Positions 1-12,300 of a stretch of DNA of 64,000 nt are shown one piece after another. The notes beneath the pieces are model-generated. The model was not told the DNA's origin, did not search any database, and was given only the letters and a program-made list of their open reading frames with translations. Every line of letters begins with the position of its first letter. Positions within the stretch are counted from its first letter, which is position 1. The stretch comes from Myxococcota bacterium. GTDB lineage: Bacteria > Myxococcota_A > UBA796 > CAJQPC01. A program made the position numbers and the translations under genes. The DNA is taken from positions 32,001 to 96,000 of the forward strand of contig DASCPX010000071.1 of the NCBI GenBank assembly GCA_036012755.1. The letters are read 5' to 3'.

Positions 1-1
1 C

Positions 2-1225
2 GAGCACGTCCGGGCGCTCATGGCCTGCCGCGCGAACGTGCTCGCCGCCGGCCTGTCCGGCTGCCGCCCAGAGGCCGCCGAGCGCCTGGTCGAGATGCTG
101 CGGGCGGACATCGTCCCGGTGGTACCCAGCCAGGGTTCGGTCGGCGCAGCCGGAGACCTCGCCCCTCTCGCCCACGTCGCGCAGGTCGCCTTCGGCTTGG
201 GAGGAGTGGCCCGGCTCGACGGCGTGGAGATGCCGGGGACCCAGGCGATCTCAGGTTTGTCGACCTACTCGCCTACCCCGAAGGAGGCCCTGTCCTTCAT
301 CAACGGGGCGACGCTCACGGTGGCGCTCGGGGCCCTGGCGGTGGACCGCGCCCAGCGGCTGTTGCGTGTCACTGAGAAGGCCCTGGCCATGAGCATGGAG
401 GTCGTGCAGGCCGACGCCCACTGTCTCGACGAGGCCGCCCTGGCCGCCCGCGGGCACTCCGGCGCCGTCTGGGTCGCTCGCCGCGTGCGGGCGCTGCTCC
501 GCGGCTCCGTCCTGGTCAACGAGGGTCGCTCTGCCGACGCCTTCTCCATCCGCTGCGCCCCGGCGGTGCTGGGCGCTGCAGACGATGCCCTCGAGTACGT
601 CGAGCGCGCCGTGATGCTCGAGCTCAACGGAGCCTGCGACAACCCGCTGGTCTTCGCGGACCGGGTCGTCGAGGCTGGCAACTTCCACGGCGCTCCGGTC
701 GCCCTGGCGCTGGACCACCTCAAGGTCGCCCTGACCCAGGTGGCGAGCATCGCCGAGCGCCGCATCTTCCGGCTCACCTATGGTCAGCTCACGGGCAACC
801 TGCCCAGCTTCCTGCTGGAAGGCGGCGGCGTCAACAGCGGCTTCATGCTCGCCCAGTACACGGCGGCCTCGCTGGTGAGCGAGATGAAGGGGCTGGCCCA
901 CCCCGCGAGCGTCGACAGCATCCCCACCGGCCAGCACCACGAGGACCACGTGCCCATGGGCCCGACCGCTGCCCGCGGCCTGCTGCGCATCGTCGACTGC
1001 TTCGAGCAGGTCGTGGCGCTGGAGCTGCTGGTGTCAGCCCAGGGCCTGGACTTCCGCCGGGACGGGCTCTCGTTCACCTCCGAGGGCGAGCCCATCCAGG
1101 GGGAGCGCGTGGAGCTGGCTCCGGCTGTGGAAGAGGTCTGGGCCGCGATCCGCCGAGTGGTCCCCCGCTGGACAGAGGACCGGGTGCTTCACAGGGACAT
1201 CGAGAGGGTAGCGGCGCTCATCTGA
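2..1225 (+). CDS. Aromatic amino acid ammonia-lyase (HAL/PAL) family protein, 5'-partial, with non-canonical active site
   Basis: Frame is open from the window edge (EHVRALMACRAN..G.SG.R). Family motifs: GSVGAAGDLAPLAH, KEALSFING, NGACDNPL, AGNFHG, SIAERR, NSGFMLAQYTAASLVSE, HPASVDS, EDHV. The MIO tripeptide reads AAG rather than ASG, so it is not called hutH. Confidence 0.9.
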   Translation, partial: EHVRALMACRANVLAAGLSGCRPEAAERLVEMLRADIVPVVPSQGSVGAAGDLAPLAHVAQVAFGLGGVARLDGVEMPGTQAISGLSTYSPTPKEALSFINGATLTVALGALAVDRAQRLLRVTEKALAMSMEVVQADAHCLDEAALAARGHSGAVWVARRVRALLRGSVLVNEGRSADAFSIRCAPAVLGAADDALEYVERAVMLELNGACDNPLVFADRVVEAGNFHGAPVALALDHLKVALTQVASIAERRIFRLTYGQLTGNLPSFLLEGGGVNSGFMLAQYTAASLVSEMKGLAHPASVDSIPTGQHHEDHVPMGPTAARGLLRIVDCFEQVVALELLVSAQGLDFRRDGLSFTSEGEPIQGERVELAPAVEEVWAAIRRVVPRWTEDRVLHRDIERVAALI

Positions 1226-3227
1226 CGAAGACGAGGATGTTGTCGTCCGCGACCTCGCCGTCGTTGTAGTCGCCCCAGGTCTTGTTGTACTCGGAGGTGT
1301 CGAAGCCGCGGTCCCCAGCGGCACCGGCCCAGGCGTTCATGACGCAGCAGGTCGACCAGCTGGACTGGCCGCCGATGCGGGCGTTCTCCGCCGTGGTGTA
1401 GCTGGTGGAGCTCATCCAGCCCTCGTTCGGGTCGCTGCAGTTGAGACCCACGGGGTCCATCGTGGCCTGGGTCAAGCGGTCCTCTGACCAGGAGGTGCAG
1501 TTCGAGGCGCAGTAGGACGCCGAGGGCGTGGTCGAGAAGACGTTGGAGAGCGTGTCGTTGACGTCGAGACCCTCGCAGAGGAAGTAGGCGCCGTCGTTCT
1601 TGTAGTAGACGTAGACATCGGTCACCTCGATGGTCGTCCAGCTCTCGTACTTGGTGGTGACGGCGATGTCGGTCGAGTAGCTCGGGAAGGTCGTCTCGTT
1701 TCGCAGGGTTGTGCTCTCCCAGGTCGCGTCCTGGGCGAGCAGCCAGGGGTCGTTCACGTCGTCGATGTTCGCGACCAGGGTCCAGCCCCCGCCCTCGCTG
1801 CTCATGTCGCAGAAGACCTCGAAGGCCGTGCCGGTGGCGTCCGGGTCGATCCAGTAGTTGCCGTCACTGGCCCCGGAGCGGCTGTCGAGGACGTCATCGC
1901 ATGACAGGGCCGAGCAGTCCTCGTCGCCCAGCACCTCCTCGTCGTTGTCGACCGTGCCGTCGCAGTCGTTGTCCGAACCGTCGCAGACCTCGGTCGCGCC
2001 GGTGTAGGCGTCGGCGTCCGTGTCGTCGCAGTCGTCGGAGTTCTCGACGTAGCCGCTGGGCTGGTCGCAGGCCTCGGTGCTCGTGCCGGAGTCGCCGTAG
2101 CCGTCCCCGTCGCTGTCGGCGTACCAGGTGCTGCTGGACGCGGAGCCCTCGTCGACGTCACCGTCGCAGTCGTCGTCGATGTCGTTGCAGACCTCCTCAC
2201 CGTCCGGGCTGACGTCGGCGTCGGTGTCGTCGCAGTCGTCGCTGTCGTCGACGTAGCCGCTGGGCTGCTCGCAGCTCTCCGTCGTGTACTCGGCGCTGCC
2301 GTAGCCATCGCCGTCGTAGTCGATGTACCAGGTGACGCCTGGGTTCTTGGAGGCGTCGGTGTCGTCGCAGTCGGTGTCGTCCTCGACGTAGCCGCTGGGC
2401 TGCTCGCAGCTGTCCACGCTGCTTGTGGCGTCGCCGTAGCTGTCGCTGTCGCTGTCGCGATACCAGGTGGTCGCGTCCACGGCGCCTGTGTCCGCGTCCC
2501 CGTCACAGTCGTTGTCGACCCCGTCGCAGATCTCGGTGGCGTTCGGCGAGATGGAGGCGTCGCCGTCGTCGCAGTCGGTGTCGTCGTCGGCGTAGCCGGT
2601 GGGCGTGTCGCAGGCCTCGGTCGTGAGATCCGCGCTGCCAGACCCGTCTCCGTCGGCGTCGACGTAGAAGGTCGTCTGGACGCCCTCGTCGACCGTGCCG
2701 TCGCAGTTGTCGTCGATCTCGTTGCACTCTTCGGAGGCCCCCGGGTAGACGCCGCCGTCGGTGTCGTCGCAGTCCGTGCTGTCGGCGACCGTGCCCTCCT
2801 CCCCGTCGCAGCTCTGGGACTCGGCGTCCGGATCGCCGTAGCCGTCACCGTCGGCGTCGACATACCAAAGGTCCCCCACGGCATCGTCGATCTCGCCGCT
2901 GCAGTCGTCGTCGAGGCCGTTGCAGGTCTCGGTCGCGCCCGGGTTCACCTCCGCGTCGAGGTCGTTGCAGTCGTCCTCTTCGAGGTAGCCGTCGCCGTCG
3001 AGGTCGTCGTCCGGTGTGGACTCGTCGCAGTCGTCGTCCTGCCCGTTGTAGGGGACCTCTGTGTTGCCGGGCTTCACGGTGTTGTTGAAGTCGTCGCAGT
3101 CCTCGTCCTCTGGTGAGCCGTCGCTGTCGTTGTCGACGATCTCGACGGGCTCGCTGTCGTCGATGAAGCCGCTGTCGACCGGGGTGTCCTTGTTTCTGCA
3201 GGCGATGCCGAGGAGGAGGGTGAGCAT
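1218..3227 (-). CDS. Lipoprotein with multiple Asp/Cys-rich putative metal-binding (MopE-type) repeats and a C-terminal fibrinogen-like domain
   Basis: Starts MLTLLLGIAC (lipobox-like). Repeated DCDD.D...PG..E.C..DDDCDG.VD and WY.D.DGDGYG units. GNYWIDPD...VFCDMSSEGGGWTLV marks a fibrinogen/intelectin-like domain start. Confidence 0.85.
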   Translation of the reverse strand: MLTLLLGIACRNKDTPVDSGFIDDSEPVEIVDNDSDGSPEDEDCDDFNNTVKPGNTEVPYNGQDDDCDESTPDDDLDGDGYLEEDDCNDLDAEVNPGATETCNGLDDDCSGEIDDAVGDLWYVDADGDGYGDPDAESQSCDGEEGTVADSTDCDDTDGGVYPGASEECNEIDDNCDGTVDEGVQTTFYVDADGDGSGSADLTTEACDTPTGYADDDTDCDDGDASISPNATEICDGVDNDCDGDADTGAVDATTWYRDSDSDSYGDATSSVDSCEQPSGYVEDDTDCDDTDASKNPGVTWYIDYDGDGYGSAEYTTESCEQPSGYVDDSDDCDDTDADVSPDGEEVCNDIDDDCDGDVDEGSASSSTWYADSDGDGYGDSGTSTEACDQPSGYVENSDDCDDTDADAYTGATEVCDGSDNDCDGTVDNDEEVLGDEDCSALSCDDVLDSRSGASDGNYWIDPDATGTAFEVFCDMSSEGGGWTLVANIDDVNDPWLLAQDATWESTTLRNETTFPSYSTDIAVTTKYESWTTIEVTDVYVYYKNDGAYFLCEGLDVNDTLSNVFSTTPSASYCASNCTSWSEDRLTQATMDPVGLNCSDPNEGWMSSTSYTTAENARIGGQSSWSTCCVMNAWAGAAGDRGFDTSEYNKTWGDYNDGEVADDNILVFVR

Positions 3228-3233
3228 GGGTCT

Positions 3234-3239
3234 ACTCTA
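3234..3239 (-). promoter_or_regulatory. Putative -10 box TAGAGT, 6 nt before ATG 3227 (leaderless-type)
   Basis: TANNNT with no SD in the spacer. Similar arrangements recur at other first genes. Confidence 0.5.
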
Positions 3240-3384
3240 CGGCACGGGCCTTGCACGGAGGCGGTCCAGTTCTCCCCAACCCGTCACCGAAGCGCACCAG
3301 CTCGCGCGGTTAGGCTCTCTCGCACCCAAGAGTGCGAAGGGCGCTACGCGCTCTCTGCCACCACCGCTTCACGCCGGATGCCCC

Positions 3385-6300
3385 ATGAAGCTGTTCGTTC
3401 GCCTGCCCGCTGAAGTGGCCTCTCTCGCCGAGAGCGTGCTGTCGACCGGGGCCATCCCCCTCATCGACCTCACCTCCAGCTGGACCGAGGAGGTCCATCC
3501 CGGCGCCTGGGTTCGCGTGCGTCCGGACCAGAAGGCCCCCGGAACTGGACCGGTCGTGCTCTGCAGCGCGGGAAGGAAGCCCCGCGGACGTCAGACCTGG
3601 CTCGAGGTGCGCGAGGCAAGACCGTGCCCGAAGAACTTCGAGGGCCTCTTCGTCGTCGGGCGCGAGGCCGGCGGCTTCTGCGGGAGCGAGGACGGCCTCT
3701 CCCTGCTCGATCAGTGCACCGGGAGGCTGGTCCTGGATGCCTCCGTCGGCCCCGACACCGCCGCGTCCGCCGCCGCCCTGGGAGCCGAAGGCGTGGTGCT
3801 CGCAGAGCAGCTCTGGGGGCTCAACGAGCTGGGGCTGGGGCCCCACTTGCGGCGCCTCGTGGAGCGCGCAACCGACACCTCGACCCATGTCGTCAACGGC
3901 TTTCGGGTCGCCGCGTCCCCGATCTCTCCGGCGATCCGACGCCTCGTCGCCGGGCTGGACGCCTACGAAGCGAGCGAGGGCTGGTTTGCCGCTGACGATC
4001 CGGTCGGCCTCGCCGTGCCCGCCGGTCAGGGCATCGCGCTGGCCCGCACCCTCGCCGAGCGCCACGGGGACCTCTGCGGCGTGCTGGACGCCTACGCGCG
4101 GGCTTGCGTCGAGTGGGAACAGCGCGTGGGCTCCGTCGTCGCCTGGCAGGACAGCTCGGCTCCTCGCGGGCGCACGTCCATCGCGCTGAGAGCCAGCAAC
4201 GGGCGCAGCTTCGTGGCCGACCCAAGCGGCGCCGTGGGCTCCGCGGTGCTCTGGCAGATCGCCGCCTGGGAGGGCCTCCCCATCACCGGCACGCCGCTGA
4301 TGGCGGCGGCAGCCGTCGGCGCACCGGTGCTCGCCCTACAAGGAGCGCTCGCGGATGTCCGCACCGTCTACACGCCGACGATCACCCCCGCGGACCCGGA
4401 GCCAGCCCCGGCGACGACCCCCGCTGTCGACGAGCCGGTGGCCATCGTCGGGCTCGGCTGCGTGCTGCCGCAGGCCCACGACGTCGCCTCCTTCTGGCGG
4501 AACGTCACCGGCGGCGTGAACTGCATCCGAGAGGTCCCCGAGGACCGCTGGGACCCGGCGCTGTTCTTCGACGCGGATCGCTCCGTCCCGGACAAGACCT
4601 ACGCGAAGGTCGGCGCCTTCGTCACGGACTTCCGGTTCGACAGCAAGAAGTACCGGATCCCGCCGAAGGTGGCGGCCTCGATCGACCCCGTCCAGAAGAT
4701 GGCGCTCGAGGCAGTCGGCCAGGCCCTCGAGGACGCCGGCGTCACGGGCGACTCCGCCATCGACCGATCCCGCGTCGCCGTCATCCTCGGCAACTCGATG
4801 GGCGGCGGCGAGTTCCGCGACAACTCCACGCTGCGGGTCTTCACCCCAGCCATGCAGGCGGCGCTCGCCGAGGTCCCGGAGTTCGCGGCCCTCCCCGACG
4901 AGATCCGGGAGGCAGTGCTCGATGGCTGGGTGACTCGCTTCAAGCAGGGCTTCCCGAGCATCACAGAGGACTCGATGCCCGGCGAGCTCTCGAACGTCAT
5001 CGCCGGACGCATCGCCAACGCCTTCGATCTCGGCGGTCCGAACTTCACCGTCGACGCGGCCTGCGCGTCGTCCATGGCCGCCATCCAGGCAGCCGTGAAG
5101 GGTCTCCAGGACGGTGACTTCGACCTCGTCGTCACCGGCGGCTCCGACCGCACGATGGACCCCCCGACTTTCACAAAGTTCTCGAAGATCGGGGCCTTGT
5201 CCCCTGATCATTCGAGTCCTTTCGATGCCTCCGCAGATGGCTTCGTCATGGGCGAGGGCTGTGGCATCCTCGTCCTCAAGCGCCTCTCTGACGCCGAGGG
5301 TGATGGCGACCGGGTCTACGCGGTGTTCCAGGGCTTCGGCGCGAGCTCTGATGGAAAGGGCAAGGGCATCACCGCCCCGAACATCGAGGGGCAGAAGCGC
5401 GCGCTGAGGCGTGCCTATGCCGACGCCGGGCTCGATCCCGTCGAGGTCGACCTCATGGAGTGCCACGGCACCTCGACGGTCGTCGGCGACAAGATCGAGG
5501 TCGAGGCCCTCACAGAGGTCGTCGGCGCGGGGCGCCGTGGGGCCCGCGGCCCCATCCGCATCGGCTCCGTGAAGAGCCAGATCGGCCACCTCAAGAGCGC
5601 CGCCGCGGCCGCCTCCATCATCAAGGTCGCGCTCGCCCTGCACCACAAGACGCTGCCTCCGAGCATCAACTTCCGGGAGCCGCGCGAGGACCTGCCCCTT
5701 CAGCAGATCCCCCTCCAGGTCCAGACCAGCGCCGAGCCCTGGCTCGCCGAGGGCTGGCGGCGCGCCGCCGGTGTGTCCGCCTTCGGCTTCGGCGGGACGA
5801 ACTTCCACGCCGTCCTGGTCGAGCACATCCCGGGCCTGGTGCCAGCGGCAGATGCGCCTGCCCGCAGCGCCAGGGTCGAGCTCGTGGAGCGGGATCTACC
5901 TGTCGGCATCTGGGCCGTCAGCGCCCAGAACCTCTCCGGCCTGTCACGGGCCCTCGACCGCATCGAGCGCGGCGAGAAGGCCCCGTGGAAGCCCTCGATG
6001 CCAGTGCGCCTGGCTGCGGCCGCCGACACCATCGAGGAGCGTCAGGACCAGATCGCCAGAGCCCGCAAGGCCATCTCCAAGGGCAGGGGTTTCGACCTGC
6101 TGCGCATGAGGTCCATCCACCTGGAGGACGGCCCCTGCGACGGCAAGCTCGCCCTCCTCTTCACAGGCCAGGGAAGCCAGTACCTCGGCATGGGCCTCGA
6201 TCTCGAGGACCGCTTCCCCATCGTCGGGGCGACCTTCGACGAGGCCGACAGCATCTGTGTCCGCGAGCTCGGCCACAGCATCCGCGACTTCATCCGCGGG

Positions 6301-9300
6301 CTCACCGGCGAAGAGACGACGGACTTCGAGCGCCTGCGCGCAACGGAGATCTCCCAGCCGGCGACCCTGGCCGTCGACATCGCCCTGTTGCGTCTGCTCA
6401 ACGGCTACGGGCTCTACCCAGATGTCGTCGCCGGCCACAGCCTCGGCGAGTACGGGGCGCTCGTGGCCGCGGGTGCGATGAGCTTCCGCGACTCGCTGCT
6501 GGCCGTGACGGCGCGCGGGCGCGAGATGGCGCACATCCAGCTCGAGGACCCGGGGGCCATGGCCTCGATCGCGGCCAAGAGCAGGCTGGTGGCCGAGGTG
6601 CTCGTCGAGATCCCCGGCTACGTCGTCGCTGCCAACAAGAACAGCCCCAAGCAGACCGTCATCGCTGGCGCCACCGACGCCGTCGAGGCCGCCTGCGAGT
6701 CCTTCCGCAGCCGCGGGATCACCGTCTTCCCGCTTCCGGTCAGCCACGCCTTCCACAGCGCGATCGTCGCGCCGGCATCCGAACCCCTCGGCGAGGTGCT
6801 CGCGAAGCTGGACATCCGGGCGCCCCAGCGACCGATCACCACCAACGTCGACTCCCGCTGGTACCCGGACGATCCCGAGAAGATCGTCCAGCTTCTCGCC
6901 CGCCAGGTGGCCAGCCCGGTCGAGTGGGTCAACCAGATCGAGCGCATGTACGCCGACGGCACCCGCATCTTCGTGGAGTGCGGTCCCAAGCGTGCCCTCA
7001 CCGGCTTCACCTCGGCCATCCTCAAGGACCGCCCTCACCGCTCGCTCTCGACGAACCACCCGAAGCTCGGCGGTGAGCGCAGCTTCCGGGACTCCCTCGC
7101 CGGGCTCATCGCGATGGGCTTCCCGATCGACGCCGACGCCACCGAGGAGATCCCGGAGCTCCTCAGCGACCCCCGGCCGCGCTTCGCCACCAGCACGGCG
7201 CTGTCCGCCGTCACACCCGACGACGAGCTCCAGGCCACCCCCTACATCGTCGAGAACGTGCTCGAGGTCATCGGCGACCGGGTCGGAGTCGCTGGAGACG
7301 AGCTCGACATCGACATGGAGTTCGAGGCCGATCTCGGCATCGACACCGTCCGGCAGGCCGAGCTCGTCGCGGAGCTGCGCAGCCGCTTCCACCTTGAGCG
7401 CGAGGCCGGCTTCCTGTTGTCCGACCACCCCTCGATCCGCGCGCTCATCGACTACTTCGCCGCCCGCCTCGGCCAGTACGAGCCCCACTGGGATCGCTCG
7501 GCTCCAGCGGTGGCGACACAGCCTCGCCGGCGAGCGGAGCCCACCCCCACCCCCAGCGAGCCCTCCGTGGGTCCCGACGCCGTCCGGAACTTCCTCGAGA
7601 GCGTCGCCACGGCCGGCCTCGACGGTCTGGACGCCGGACACTTCGCCCAGGCACTGCTCCCAGCCATCCAGAGTCTCCTGACCGCCAGCTGGGCGGCCTT
7701 CGACGCCGCCCGTGTCGAGCCCGATCCGGAACCCGCCGGGGCCACCCTGGCCACGCAGCCGTCGGCCTCGGCGCGCATCGTCTGCACCGGAGCGGCCATC
7801 GGCCTCCCGGGCGGAGAGAGGGTCTTCGACGAGGACAACATCCAGTCCATCCTCCGCGGCGACCAGCGCATCGAGCGCATCGACGCGGGCTACCGCGAGC
7901 GCTTCCTCACAAAGAACCTCGTCCGCCTCGTGAAGGACGCCGCCGGTCAGGGCTCCTTCCTGCCCGTGACCGACGACGACCAGGTCATCCAGCTCGCCGG
8001 ACGCGCCGGCCACTTCGACCTCGCCGAGTACGGCGTGTCGGAGAGCTGGATCCTCGCGCTGGATCGCACGACGCAGCTGGCCTTTGCTGCCGGCCTGGAC
8101 ACTCTCCGCGACGCCGGGATCCCGCTGGTCCGCACCTACCACGAGACCGGCTCCGGCAAGCGCGTCGCGACCGGCTGGGCCCTGCCCGAGCCCCTCCGCG
8201 ATGGCACGGGGATCATCTTCGCCAGCGCCTTCCCGGGCCTCGACAAGCTGGTGGAGAAGATCCTCAGCGGCGGCGTCGACCACGACGGCCACTACGACCG
8301 TCGCTTCCTCTTCCAGGTCCTGTCGATGGGCCACTCCCAGTTCGCCCAGTTCATAGGGGCGCGCGGCCCGAACACCCAGGTGAACTCTGCCTGCGCGAGC
8401 ACGACCCTCGCGGTCGCCCTGGCCCAGGACTGGATCCGCCTCGGCCGCTGCGAGCGCGTGCTCGTCCTGGGCGCAGACGATGTCACGACGGACACCATGC
8501 TCGAGTGGATGGCCAGCGGCTTCATGGCCGCGGGGGCCGCGACGACCGAGGCCAACGTCGCAGACGCCGCGTTGCCCTTCGACCGCCGACGCCACGGGAT
8601 GATCCTCGGAATGGGCGCGGTGGGGCTGATGCTGGAGCGTCGCGAGGATGCGCTCGCCCGGGGCGTGATCCCCATCGCCGAGCTCCTCGGCAGTCGCATC
8701 GCGAACTCCGCCTTCCACGGCTCCCGCCTGGACGCGGAGCACATCGCCTGCGAGGTCGATCTCCTGGTCGCGGAGGCCTGCCAGAAGGAGGGCGCCAAGG
8801 CCGAAGACATGGCCAAGCGCACCATGTTCATGTCCCACGAGACCTACACGCCGGCCCGAGGAGGCAGCGCCGGCGCGGAGATCGCAGCCTTGCGGCGGGC
8901 CTTCGGGGATGCCGCGAACCAGGTCGTGGTCTCCAACACGAAGGGCTTCACGGGCCACGCCATGGGCGCCTCGATCGAGGACGCCATCGCCGTCAAGGCG
9001 CTTCAGTACCGCACGGTGCCGCCCATCCCGAACCTGAAGGAGCCCGATCCGGAGCTCGGCGACCTCCACCTGTCCGAGGGCGGGCACCACGAGGTCGACT
9101 ACGCCTTGCGCCTCGCCGCCGGTTTCGGCTCCCAGCTGGCTGTCAGCCTCTGGAAGAAGATCGCCAAGGGCGACCAGCGGACCTCTGACCGCGACACCCG
9201 GGAGGCCTGGCTCAGCGAGGTCACCGGCTACGACACCGTCGAGGTCGTGCTCGAGCAGCACACGCTCCGGGCGGTCGGGAGCGCCCCGGCGGCAGCCACC

Positions 9301-12300
9301 CCGGCGACTGCCGCCCCGGCCAGAGAGCCAGCATCGACCGACTCGATGCTGCAGCACCTCGTGGCGGTGGTGGCAGAGAAGACGGGCTACGACCCGGAGG
9401 AGATCGAGCCCGACTACGAGCTCGAGGCCGACCTCGGCATCGACACGGTCAAGCAGGCCGAGATCTTCAGCGAGGTCCGTGACCACTACGGGGTCGAGCG
9501 CGACGAGACCTTCGTCCTAGCCGAGTACCCGACCATCCAGGCGCTGGCGACCTGGCTCGCTTCGAAGGCACCTGGGCAGCCGACGCCCGAGGTGCTCTCC
9601 GAGTCCACCCTGACCCCTGAGCGCACCGTCAGCGGTGACGAGGTCCTCCAGCACCTCCTCGGCGTGATCTCCGAGAAGACCGGCTACGACCTCGAGGACC
9701 TCGATCCGGAGTACGAGCTCGAGGCCGATCTCGGCATCGACACGGTCAAGCAGGCCGAGATCTTCAGCGAGGTCCGCGCAACCTACGGTGTCGAGCGCGA
9801 CGACGACTTCGTCCTCGCCGAGTACCCGACGATCGCAGCGCTCGCCGGCTGGATGTCGAGCAAAGCAGACATCGATCCCGACTCCCCGACCCTGGATGCG
9901 CCTGCGATGCCGGACATCACGCCGGTCACCGCCAACAACGAGGTCCTCGACTACCTCCTGGGAGTGATCGGAGACAAGACGGGCTACGACCGCGACGACC
10001 TCGAGATCGACTACGAGCTCGAGGCCGACCTCGGCATCGACACGGTCAAGCAGGCCGAGATCTTCGGCGACGTTCGCGACCACTTCGGCGTGGAGCGCGA
10101 CGACAGCTTCGTCCTCGCCGAGTTCCCGACCATCGGCAAGCTGGCCGACTGGCTGGCCTCGCGCATCGGCGCCGCCCCTGCGGTCGTCCACCACGAGATC
10201 GAGGGTGACGACTACAGCGAGCCCGTCGAAGACGCGGTCAGCGAGCTGCCGACGAGCTTCTGGGTCAGGCGCCCGGTCCGCGTCGGGCGGCCCAGCATGA
10301 TCGAGGGCAACGTCCGCGGTCGTGCCATCAAGATCCTCGGAGACGGCCCCGTCCAGGAAGCTCTCGTAGAGGAGATCGCACGCCAGGGCGGCATGCTCGC
10401 GATGGGTGACCTGGCGCCGGACGCCGTCATCGACGTGGCGAGCGACGTGCTCGAGGCCTTCGCCGAGGCCAGGAAGCTGGTCGACGTGCCGGTGCGTGAC
10501 TGGCTGTGCCTCACGATGCTCGGCGAGCACGAAGGCATGACCCCTGACCAGGCCTTCTTCGACGGCAGCCGCTGCGGCTTCACGAAGGCCCTCGGCCGTG
10601 AGTGGAAGCAGTGCCACGCGCGGGTCGTCGACGCATCCCCCGACGTCGATCCCGACAGCATCGCCCGCATCCTCTGCGGGGAGCTCGCCACCCCCGACGG
10701 CGCGGTGGAGATCTTCCACGCCGCCAGCGGCACGCGCGAGGTCATGGAGCTCGCCGTAGAGGCCCACCCGCCGACCGGCCGATGCCCGGCCTCGAACCAG
10801 GTGGTCATCGTCACCGGCGGGGGCCGAGGCATCACCGCGTCGGTCGCCACGGAGCTCGCGCGGCGGGCCGGGAGCACCCTGGTCCTCGTGGGCCGCTCGC
10901 CGATGGGCGAGAGCCCCCTCGATGTGCGAAAGGAGAAGAAGCGGATCAAGAAGGGGCTGAAGGCGGCCGACCAGAAGCCGAGCCCCGCGAACGTCGAGCG
11001 ACTCCTCTGGCCCCTACGCAAGGCAGAGGAGATCCGGACCACCGTCGAGGAGCTGCGCGCCCTCGGCAGCACGGTCGAGTACAGGACCTGTGACATGGCG
11101 GACGCGCCCGCGGTCAAGGCCCTCGTGGCCGACGTGACCGCCCGCTTCGGCCGGGTGGACGGCTGCATCCACGGCGCTGGCGTAGAGGAGAGCCGTTTGA
11201 TCCAGGACAAGGACGCGGCGGCCTTCCACCGCGTCTTCGACGGCAAGGCCCTGGGTGGCCTCGCCTTGGCAGAGGCCCTCCCGGAAAAGGCCTGGCTCCT
11301 CTCCATGGGCTCTGTCGCTGGTCGCTTCGGGAACGAGGGACAGGTCGACTACAGCGCCGCGAACGAGGCGCTGGCGCAGGTCTGCCTCGCCCGGCCGCGC
11401 TCCCTGCACGTGGACTGGACGGCCTGGGCGGATGTCGGAATGGCCGTGCGTGGCGGAATGCAGCACCTGTTGGAGTCCCGCGGCCTCGAGCTGATGCCCG
11501 CGCTCGCCGGCGCCTCTCTGGCCGTCGACCTCATCGCGAGCCATGTCACGGGCGAGATCGTCGTGGCCGGCAAGCTCGGCGACTTCGTGCCCTCGCCCAA
11601 CCACCCCAAGCTCGACAGCATGGAGCTCGACGGCGACACCATCGTGGCGCGCTACACGCTGGAGCCCGAGCGCGACCCCTGGATCGACGATCACGCCATA
11701 GACGGAAAGCCCGTGCTTCCAGGCGTCATGGGGATCGAGCTGATGGCGGCTGCTGCCTCCCTGGCTCGCCCCGGCATGGTCTACACGGGGGTCGAGGACG
11801 TGAAGTTCGAGCGACCGGTGAAGGTCTATCGAAACTCGCCGGTGCACCTCGAGATGCGCGCTCAGCCCCAGGATGACGGGCGGGTGTGGTGCTCGCTGAC
11901 CAGCGAACGCAGGACCAGGGCAAAGAAGCTCATCCGCACGGAGCACTTCTCGTGCTCCATCCTGCTGGACCAGCGTCCGCAGATCGACCAGCTGCCGCCG
12001 GCCTTCTGGCCAGAAGACTCGATCTCGCGAGGCGACATCTACCGCCGCTTCTTCCACGGACCCGCCTTCCAGGTCCTCCGCGGCGCCGATGGGGTGACCC
12101 GGGACGGCCTCCAGTGCAGCGGACGCGTAGACCACGCCTACATCGCGGAGGGCATGCTGACCTCGCCGCTGGCCCTCGAGGCGGCATTCCAGGCGGCCGG
12201 ACTGCACGCCATGGTCTCCGACGGCGCGATGGCGCTCCCCCAATCGATCGAGGCCCTGTGGGTCTCGCGCAGGGTGCGGGATGGCGAGGATCTCGTCCTC

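Noticed and set aside
1900..3150. Dense GTCGTC/GCAGTC repeats (also 33500-34480, 41000-41570 and 55040-55760)
   Set aside because: Explained by Asp/Cys-rich protein repeats (MopE-type, TSP3-like).
3061..3384. N-terminal extension of the PKS ORF
   Set aside because: It overlaps the divergent lipoprotein gene and its promoter region and has low-complexity translation. ATG 3385 fits better.
9340..10170. Near-identical ~300-bp direct repeats as a possible CRISPR array or mobile repeat
   Set aside because: They are in-frame tandem ACP domains with no repeat-spacer structure.
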